From a virus (taxonomy: Duplodnaviria > Caudoviricetes), in IMG/VR virus record IMGVR_UViG_3300042363_000655, positions 1-52,080 of that record: a DNA stretch of 52,080 nt. The stretch is one strand, 5' to 3'. A model generated the notes under the pieces. The model made no database searches. It was not told the DNA's origin and saw nothing but the letters and a program-made list of their open reading frames with translations. Below, in pieces: positions 45,938 to 52,080 of the stretch. Made by a program: the position numbers and the translations under genes. Numbering within the stretch: position 1 is the first letter of the stretch; each line of letters opens with the position of its first letter.

Positions 45938-45978
45938 CTCATTGATTCTCAATAGCCTATAACTCATTGATTCTCAAT
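45933..45978. repeat. tandem pair of TATAACTCATTGATTCTCAAT (25-bp period)
   Basis: Copies at 45933-45953 and 45958-45978. Confidence 0.85.
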
Positions 45979-46018
45979 CAAAAATCTTTGTGTTTTCCGT
46001 GACTTTTTATGTAAAATA

Positions 46019-46055
46019 GTTGCTAGTCTGCGTATGTCTTCGTATCTTAAGGTAT
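46019..46055 (+). promoter_or_regulatory. putative early promoter
   Basis: GTTGC-N16-TCGTATCTTAAGGTAT. Confidence 0.75.
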
Positions 46056-46119
46056 GTTAGAGAGATAGATACTACGACGGCTCCGGACCTAAATATTCCG
46101 GAAAATAACTTAAAAAAAA

Positions 46120-46156
46120 GTTGCTCGTCTGCGTTTTATTTCGTAATTTAAGGTAT
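46120..46156 (+). promoter_or_regulatory. putative early promoter (tandem with 46019)
   Basis: GTTGC-N16-TCGTAATTTAAGGTAT. Confidence 0.75.
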
Positions 46157-46184
46157 ATTAGAAAAACATATAAAAATAAAGGTT

Positions 46185-46982
46185 ATGAAAAAGTTAGAAA
46201 TCATCAATTCAGCAATTGCCGCTTTAGAGGCAGAGTTAGTAACAGTAGAAAACACAATCTCAGTATTGAACGAAGAGTATAGAACTCAGATAGTAGAGAT
46301 GTGGAAATCCAAGTTAGCAGGTTTGCTAAACGAAGGAGATGTGCTTGTAAATGATTACAGCACAGGTGTTAGAGTTAATCGTATTCAGGTTAGAACTAAG
46401 AGAGACGGAGAGCAGTATAACTATGCTCAAGAGATCTTATCTATCTCTAGAAGTGAGTATGGTGAGGAAATGACAGGCTTTAACATGAATACTTATTCAA
46501 CTACTGTCGATAATAACTTCGAATTTGACCGTCTTATTACGGTAGGTAAAGTAGCTGCTTTCATCAAAGAAAATAGAGAGTCTTTAAGAACAGAGTTTCC
46601 AAAGAATACTGTTTATGATTCAGAAGTTAATCAAGAGAGATATAGAATTCAGAACGAAATTCGTACTCTACAGAACGAAAAATGGAGTACAGAAAGACAG
46701 CTAGCTCTAGATAAGTTAGAAGACGGAGGTGTAGAGTTTACTGCCGAAAGAGACTACGACTTACCAAGCTTAGAAGTTCGCTTCAACTGGACTATCTCTA
46801 GAATCTCTAAAATCAAGATTACTAAGAAGACAGCTTCTGGTAAGTCAGCAGACTTAGAAATTACTACTCGTTATAAGAACTACGAAGGAGAGATTACTGA
46901 GAATGTTACTACAGTAGATAAGGTTAGAATGGATAAGATTCAAGATGCCGTTCTTTACTGCAAAGATAAGATAGTTGCTTAA
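46185..46982 (+). CDS. hypothetical early protein with coiled coils
   Basis: AAAGGTT-ATG start behind tandem promoters. Confidence 0.8.
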   Translation: MKKLEIINSAIAALEAELVTVENTISVLNEEYRTQIVEMWKSKLAGLLNEGDVLVNDYSTGVRVNRIQVRTKRDGEQYNYAQEILSISRSEYGEEMTGFNMNTYSTTVDNNFEFDRLITVGKVAAFIKENRESLRTEFPKNTVYDSEVNQERYRIQNEIRTLQNEKWSTERQLALDKLEDGGVEFTAERDYDLPSLEVRFNWTISRISKIKITKKTASGKSADLEITTRYKNYEGEITENVTTVDKVRMDKIQDAVLYCKDKIVA

Positions 46983-47012
46983 TTAAATTATAAACATATA
47001 AAATAAAAGGTT

Positions 47013-47231
47013 ATGAACAGTTACATTAAATTTAAAATCGAAAAAGAAGTAAAATGGGATTCTAGTACCATGGGTATGGTAACCAAATACTTCGTATGGG
47101 CCGGTAATCAGTGTCTTGCATTAAAGCATACTGAAGAGGAAGCCTTAGAAGCTTATGAGTCTATCAAAGCTAATTACATTACAGGTGGTACTACCATCAT
47201 CAAAGAAGAGGAGGTAGACTATGAGTCATAA
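47013..47231 (+). CDS. hypothetical protein
   Basis: AAAGGTT-ATG start. Confidence 0.7.
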   Translation: MNSYIKFKIEKEVKWDSSTMGMVTKYFVWAGNQCLALKHTEEEALEAYESIKANYITGGTTIIKEEEVDYES

Positions 47232-47340
47232 TGCCAACCAAGTATTTTTAGAACATTATTATGAAGTCGGCCTAGCAATGGGCCTATCAGAAGAAGAAGC
47301 TATTGAATATGCAAATGAAAAATTCGACGAGTGTAGATAG
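47221..47340 (+). CDS. 39-aa acidic peptide (not in ORF track)
   Basis: MSHNANQVFLEHYYEVGLAMGLSEEEAIEYANEKFDECR*. Confidence 0.55.
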   Translation: MSHNANQVFLEHYYEVGLAMGLSEEEAIEYANEKFDECR

Positions 47341-47587
47341 TAGAAAGTTCCAGCATGAGTTTAAAGACTCAGACGGAACGATTTCAATCTGGAAGTATAA
47401 CTTAGATAAGTTTACCAGAGGTCCTATAGAGGTAGAGATAATTTACCCTAAAGACTATTTATCACCAGAGCAAGAGCTTAAGAAAGCTAATAAGAAACTA
47501 CCAAAGTATAAACAGCAATTCTTAAATCCTGCTAATGGTAAAATGGTAGGTTATTATAGAGCTAAGACTCTAGGACTTGTAAAATAA
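47303..47587 (+). CDS. hypothetical protein
   Basis: ORF; exact start uncertain. Confidence 0.65.
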   Translation: MNMQMKNSTSVDSRKFQHEFKDSDGTISIWKYNLDKFTRGPIEVEIIYPKDYLSPEQELKKANKKLPKYKQQFLNPANGKMVGYYRAKTLGLVK

Positions 47588-47592
47588 ACTAT

Positions 47593-48105
47593 ATGAGAAA
47601 AGAATTGTACATCGACCTGAACAGAGAGATTAAGTGTATCGGAACAGTAGCAGAAGCTCTAAAGAAGGCCGGATACAATGCAAGTAATAGTATTATTGTT
47701 ACAGTATCGACAGACTACTCATCTATTGCCGGACAGATTATCAGACATGAGCTTACTTTTGAAGGAGAGATTGCTGATGGCTTTGGAGTAGATGTTCCTT
47801 ATCCAGACCAGGAATGGGATACTAGGTTTGTTAATGAGGCTTGTTCGATGTTCTTATTGCATAAAGAAGCAATAGGAGTTAAGGATGTTATCTTAGTTGA
47901 AGCAGGAGTAATTAGAGGTTCTAACTATAAGAGCTTAATTAACCTAATGCAAAGAGCTCTGGAAATGGACAACCCTATTGTAACTACCTCTCTATTTGAG
48001 AATAAACATTCAGCCTTCAAGTGCGACTTTGTAGCAGAGTTCTACGATGACGAGATAGAAGATTTAACCTTCTGGTGGGAGAAGGAAAACAACCACTGGA
48101 AGTAG
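47593..48105 (+). CDS. phosphoribosyltransferase-fold protein (divergent)
   Basis: VILVEAGVIRGSN resembles the PRPP-binding loop; C-terminal FWWE. Confidence 0.6.
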   Translation: MRKELYIDLNREIKCIGTVAEALKKAGYNASNSIIVTVSTDYSSIAGQIIRHELTFEGEIADGFGVDVPYPDQEWDTRFVNEACSMFLLHKEAIGVKDVILVEAGVIRGSNYKSLINLMQRALEMDNPIVTTSLFENKHSAFKCDFVAEFYDDEIEDLTFWWEKENNHWK

Positions 48106-48136
48106 TAGCAGATTAGCGTATTTTTTCTTATATTTA
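48105..48136 (+). promoter_or_regulatory. putative phage promoter GTAGC-N16-TCTTATATTTA
   Basis: Repeated motif family. Confidence 0.55.
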
Positions 48137-48159
48137 ATAAACAAAAACAAATAAAGGTT

Positions 48160-48447
48160 ATGAAGACATTCAACGATTTACAATTTACTCCACACCCGGT
48201 TGATAGCCGAGGTATAATGAGCCGTATTATGTTTGATAACGGATGGGGAGCATCTGTAGTACGTCATGATTATTCTTATGGCGGTAAAGACGGTAAGTAT
48301 GAATTAGCAGTCTTAGACTCTAATGGGGACTTACATTACGATAACGAAGTAGCCAATGGAGATGTACAAGGGTACTTAGACGAAGAAGAAGTAACTTACT
48401 TATTAGCAGCAATTCAAGAATATGAGCGATTCAATCAAGAAGTATAA
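48160..48447 (+). CDS. phage hypothetical protein (FDNGWGASVV...SYGG...YELAVL)
   Basis: AAAGGTT-ATG start. Confidence 0.8.
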   Translation: MKTFNDLQFTPHPVDSRGIMSRIMFDNGWGASVVRHDYSYGGKDGKYELAVLDSNGDLHYDNEVANGDVQGYLDEEEVTYLLAAIQEYERFNQEV

Positions 48448-48625
48448 GGAGATGGTAGAGGATGGTCTGATAGTAGATGAAATATTAAAACCTTCATTTG
48501 CATCTAAAGACTATAAGGAGTGGTGGGAAGAGAATCAAGAGCGTATTCTAGCTAATGATCAACTCAACCATGAGATGAATTATAAATTCGCATTAGCAAA
48601 ACATATAAAAAATAATAAGTTATGA
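48422..48625 (+). CDS. hypothetical protein
   Basis: ORF in coupled run. Confidence 0.6.
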   Translation: MSDSIKKYKEMVEDGLIVDEILKPSFASKDYKEWWEENQERILANDQLNHEMNYKFALAKHIKNNKL

Positions 48626-48879
48626 ATAGAGATATGCAACACGAGAAGTGTTTAAAAGCAGCCGCAGAGTTTTTAAAAGGTTGGGATGTAGAAGATGATA
48701 CAGCCACCAGAATGGTAGCTAGCATTATGATGCATAGAGACGGAAACTGGCGAGCTGGTAGCTTTGTAGAAGCTGTTTGTGAGAATGATTTGTATTCTGC
48801 TATTACAAGAGCAGATAATACATCGTTAAAGTATCTAAAGCTATATACATTAGCTGCTAAAAACTGCTACACTCGATAG
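48622..48879 (+). CDS. hypothetical protein (GSFVEAV..NDL..A..RAD)
   Basis: ORF in coupled run. Confidence 0.7.
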   Translation: MNRDMQHEKCLKAAAEFLKGWDVEDDTATRMVASIMMHRDGNWRAGSFVEAVCENDLYSAITRADNTSLKYLKLYTLAAKNCYTR

Positions 48880-48882
48880 TCT

Positions 48883-50055
48883 ATGAAGATAGTCCATAGT
48901 TATATCCCAACAGCTTTCGGAGATAAACCAGCTCCAGATCTAATCTGGAAAGAGTTGATGTATGGTCAGATGTTAAGCGTATTGCTAGCTCAAAGAGAGT
49001 TTGGCAATATTAGCTTATATACAAACGAACATATTGCTCGTCAGATAAAAGATGTAGGACTACCTTATACAGATATTGATACAACTGTACTTGAAGGAGT
49101 AGATACTAAAAGCTATACATACCCTAAGATGAGAGTATTTAGAGAGATAGGAGAACCTTATCTTCATATCGATACGGATACTTACATCTTTAAGAAGCTA
49201 GACTTTAGTAAGAGTAAGAGCCCGATAGTATATGCTCATTCGGATCAAGCTGTAGAGTTTAGCGAGAAGGTTGACCCAGATGTATTGAGTCAGTATATAA
49301 ACAATATTTCAAAATGCTATACTAGTTTATTCTTTTTGCATGATGAGGAGTTTAAATCATTTAACCCTCCTAATGTAAATCTAATGAAGATACCTAACGG
49401 TAACTTAACTTATGTTAGAGACCCTAAGCTCTTTATAGAAGCAACTAATAAAGCATTAACGTATTACTATAAGCATAAGAGTATTATCGATAGAAATACT
49501 TATGGAGGAGTTTATGTAGAGCAGATGATTATACATTTGTATCTAATGGAATTAAGTCCGGAGTATAAAGAAGCAGCTGATGAAAATAATCATTTGATGT
49601 GTGATAATATTTTTATGCATATAGATTATGGCTCTAAGGATAAGACAGCGGACTATCTTAACTATAACTTTCCTTTTAAGTTTAAACTACATACATTAAA
49701 GGATGGTTATATATCAGAACTAGAAGAAGCTAAGAAAGTAGCTACTAACTTAGGGTTTAAGTTAGAGAAAGATGTTTACAAAGAGTATACAATAGAGAAG
49801 AAAGAAGATTTGGTTAAGTATTTTAATCATGACTTCTTAGGAGTATTACACCCTAGCTTTAATAAATGGGCTCCTCTATTTGAATGTCTTACAATAGGAA
49901 TTATAGCAGAGCAGTTTGGAGTAGAGTATATAAACCGAGTTCATAGTTACTACAAGAAGACTTATCCAGGCTATTACTTACCTCTAAAATCAAGAGGAGA
50001 GAAACTATACGAAGAGTTAACAGGCTTTGAATTCGGAGTAAAGAGCGTTATATAG
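48883..50055 (+). CDS. DUF6734-like GT-A fold protein ending KSVI
   Basis: MLSVLLA, LYTN, YPK, PYLHIDTD, IPN, VEQ; similar to 28879-29835. Confidence 0.65.
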   Translation: MKIVHSYIPTAFGDKPAPDLIWKELMYGQMLSVLLAQREFGNISLYTNEHIARQIKDVGLPYTDIDTTVLEGVDTKSYTYPKMRVFREIGEPYLHIDTDTYIFKKLDFSKSKSPIVYAHSDQAVEFSEKVDPDVLSQYINNISKCYTSLFFLHDEEFKSFNPPNVNLMKIPNGNLTYVRDPKLFIEATNKALTYYYKHKSIIDRNTYGGVYVEQMIIHLYLMELSPEYKEAADENNHLMCDNIFMHIDYGSKDKTADYLNYNFPFKFKLHTLKDGYISELEEAKKVATNLGFKLEKDVYKEYTIEKKEDLVKYFNHDFLGVLHPSFNKWAPLFECLTIGIIAEQFGVEYINRVHSYYKKTYPGYYLPLKSRGEKLYEELTGFEFGVKSVI

Positions 50056-50697
50056 ATGAAAGATAATACGGTTATATCTTTAGTAGGAGTTAATAGTTAC
50101 CATGTAAGTAACTGTGTAAATACTTATAGACAGCTACAATCAGAAGGTTATACAGTAAAGGTATTAACTAACCGTCCGGAGTTATTTGACTCAAAAGATG
50201 TTTATGTGTATAAGAGGAGTATATTTACCTACCTCGATAAGCTGCTCTTCTGCTTAGACTTAGTCGAAGAGTATGGCTGTAATGTCTTACATCTAGATGC
50301 TGATAAGTGGTATCAAGAGCATAGAATAAAAAGCTTTATAGATAGATCACAACATTATCAGATAACCTACCAAGGTAGTTGGCCGGAAGGTAACTTCGAT
50401 GCTTACAAAGATGTTAACCCATGCTTTAAGTATTTAAAAAGCTATTGCGAGTATAAGGGTATAGAATATAAGAACTGGAAGACGATATGGGAGTATGTGA
50501 TGTTCTTTAGAAAGGATATAGACTATCAAGGAATAAGATTTGAACTAGAAACTATAGCTCCAGTCTTTACTTATATGTCTCTAATGAATGACGATACTTA
50601 CATTAAGACTCCATTTGCATTAGGAGGAGCAGAAGGATTAGCATTAAGCATAGTATTAGATAGATTAGGAATTGAATCACAAGAAATTTTAATATAA
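50056..50697 (+). CDS. GT-A-like (DxD) protein
   Basis: VLTN, FTYLDKL, VLHLDAD. Confidence 0.55.
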   Translation: MKDNTVISLVGVNSYHVSNCVNTYRQLQSEGYTVKVLTNRPELFDSKDVYVYKRSIFTYLDKLLFCLDLVEEYGCNVLHLDADKWYQEHRIKSFIDRSQHYQITYQGSWPEGNFDAYKDVNPCFKYLKSYCEYKGIEYKNWKTIWEYVMFFRKDIDYQGIRFELETIAPVFTYMSLMNDDTYIKTPFALGGAEGLALSIVLDRLGIESQEILI

Positions 50698-50879
50698 TGG
50701 CAAGCCATAAATTACAACAACGATTAAAGAAGGCAGAAGAGGAAGTAAAGGAGTGGGAAGAGCGAGTGCCTGTAAACAATATGGGTAAATGGGCTAAATC
50801 TGTCTTTCTAAAAAGTAAACAGAAGACAGTTGATAAGCTAAAGAGAGATATAGAAAGAGCTAACAGACAAAAGCTATAA
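50697..50879 (+). CDS. small basic coiled-coil protein
   Basis: Translationally coupled ORF. Confidence 0.6.
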   Translation: MASHKLQQRLKKAEEEVKEWEERVPVNNMGKWAKSVFLKSKQKTVDKLKRDIERANRQKL

Positions 50880-50880
50880 T

Positions 50881-51081
50881 ATGGATAAGATACCACCATG
50901 TAGCGGACATGCATTCAGCAATACAATCAAATGCGAATGTTGTCAGAGTATAATAGACTTGGACGATACCGATTGGTGTGACAAATGTGATAGAAGTATC
51001 TTTGATGATAGTCCTTGTAAGGTATCAGAGAAGACAAGCGACTATATGTACAATTGGATAAGAGAGAAGTCCGGAAAGTAG
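50881..51081 (+). CDS. small Cys-rich protein
   Basis: CECC and CDKC. Confidence 0.6.
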   Translation: MDKIPPCSGHAFSNTIKCECCQSIIDLDDTDWCDKCDRSIFDDSPCKVSEKTSDYMYNWIREKSGK

Positions 51082-51130
51082 GCGAGGTGGGGGCGCCCTA
51101 TCCTCTCCGACGAAGTCGACCCGCGCGAAT
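51071..51130 (+). repeat. GC-rich dispersed repeat copy 2 with CGAC-GAA-GTCG hairpin
   Basis: Compensatory stem changes relative to copies 1 and 3; ends CGCGCGAAT. Confidence 0.75.
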
Positions 51131-51138
51131 TTAACAAT

Positions 51139-51873
51139 ATGATAGACAAGTATAAGATAGATCCAAAGATATATGAAGTAAAGACGTTCTATGGTAATGA
51201 ATCGGCTTACTTTAAGACTTATGAAGATTGCTTTGTAGGTAATGAAGTAAAGAAGGGTATGATATGGGAGCAGAATATACAAAATGTATTCGAAGAATGT
51301 ATTACAAAGGATATGGTAGTAATAGATGGAGGAGCTCATATAGGCATCCATACTATAAAGCTATCAAGACTAGCCGATAAGGTATATGCCTTTGAACCAT
51401 TAAGACCATCTTATGAGCTATTGAGAGAGAATATAAAGCTAAATGGATGTACAAACGTAAGACTTGACCATAGAGGCTTATCCAGTAATAGAGGAGTAAG
51501 TACATGGGATTGGATATCAGAAGGCAATATAGGATCATCAGGATTAAAAGATAATAGTATGGGACATCATTTTGATGAAGAATGGTATCCGAATATAGAA
51601 GAACAATATGAGGTAGAACTAATCTCTATAGATGAATTAAATCTTAATAAGGTAGACTTTATAAAGCTAGACATAGAAGGATATGAGAGGAAGGCCATAG
51701 ATGGATGTAAAGAGACTATAAAGAGATGTAGACCTACTATATTAATAGAATGTTGGAAAGACCATAAAGGAACAGTTGATACCTTCTTTACAATGGACTT
51801 ATATAGAGACTTATTAGAAGAGCATAGATACAATATAAAACAGGTAGGCATAGCCGATTATCTGTTCTACTAG
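51139..51873 (+). CDS. FkbM family SAM-dependent methyltransferase
   Basis: VIDGGAHIG.HT, VYAFEP, VDFIKLDIEGYE. Confidence 0.93.
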   Translation: MIDKYKIDPKIYEVKTFYGNESAYFKTYEDCFVGNEVKKGMIWEQNIQNVFEECITKDMVVIDGGAHIGIHTIKLSRLADKVYAFEPLRPSYELLRENIKLNGCTNVRLDHRGLSSNRGVSTWDWISEGNIGSSGLKDNSMGHHFDEEWYPNIEEQYEVELISIDELNLNKVDFIKLDIEGYERKAIDGCKETIKRCRPTILIECWKDHKGTVDTFFTMDLYRDLLEEHRYNIKQVGIADYLFY

Positions 51874-51874
51874 G

Positions 51875-51926
51875 CCGGAGGGGAGGGGGGCCTTTATCCC
51901 TCTCACCGAAGGTGTCACGCGCGAAT
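51875..51926 (+). repeat. GC-rich dispersed repeat copy 3 with CACC-GAA-GGTG hairpin
   Basis: Shares TCACCGAAGGTGTC.CGCGCGAAT with copy 1. Confidence 0.8.
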
Positions 51927-52080
51927 TGTCCGACCTTTCCTACCATAAGGATTCATATGGACGATCTTTGACATATTGGAGAATATAATACGCAATCTAA
52001 AGGATATCTGGATATAGATATAAATGGTAGCTGAGAGTGTATGACTTGGGTTACTACTTGGTATAAGGTTACAAGAGATA

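Noticed and set aside
45933-45978. Tandem 21-bp repeat as a mini CRISPR array
   Set aside because: Only a 4-nt gap between copies, no spacer-length unique sequences and no cas operon.
3216-51851. All minus-strand ORFs in the track (e.g. 3216-3533, 13167-13457, 21248-21580, 50603-50914, 51025-51351)
   Set aside because: They are shadows of well-supported + strand genes, with no motifs and no matching promoter or start context.
1-52080. Alternative genetic code (stop-codon recoding)
   Set aside because: Recognisable genes are full length and densely packed under the standard bacterial code, with TAA, TAG and TGA all used as stops.

Overview
AT-rich, gene-dense 52 kb segment with essentially every real gene on the + strand. 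It is most consistent with a large lytic dsDNA phage of Bacteroidota (inferred from a Bacteroidota-type bS21, absent Shine-Dalgarno sites and promoter style). In order it carries: the 3' part of a family A DNA polymerase; hsp20-groES-groEL; a lysis block (holin candidate, GH19 endolysin, overlapping spanin-like pair); a PD-(D/E)XK nuclease; an ~11.5 kb glycosylation and nonulosonic-acid locus (GT4, GT2, HAD, NeuB, NeuA, Maf-like); bS21, TraR-like, HNH and GH73 genes; and many small early-type ORFs behind a repeated GTTGC-N16-TCGTATCTT promoter. The most striking element is at 29.8-38.4 kb. One 639-aa protein fuses a circularly permuted ATP-grasp ligase to two Hint (intein-like) domains that bracket a 23-aa Cys/Trp-rich peptide (PCWCNGYNCGWWSCQSYCTQCNS). 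Hint-1 looks able to cleave only at its C-terminus, and Hint-2 looks able to activate the peptide C-terminus as a thioester, resembling a natural two-intein (TWIN-like) excision or cyclisation device. It sits among tailoring-enzyme genes (three 2OG-Fe(II) oxygenases, two sulfotransferases, APS kinase, Trp halogenase, SET protein), several of which end in a shared C-terminal [S/T]-[LVI]-[IL] tag. Non-coding signals include a GC-rich repeat with a covarying GAA-triloop hairpin (3 copies), an inverted repeat bracketing hsp20, TTCCGGAA palindromes near promoters and IHF-consensus repeats. No tRNA, rRNA or CRISPR array was seen. All calls are from motif recognition by eye; no searches were run.
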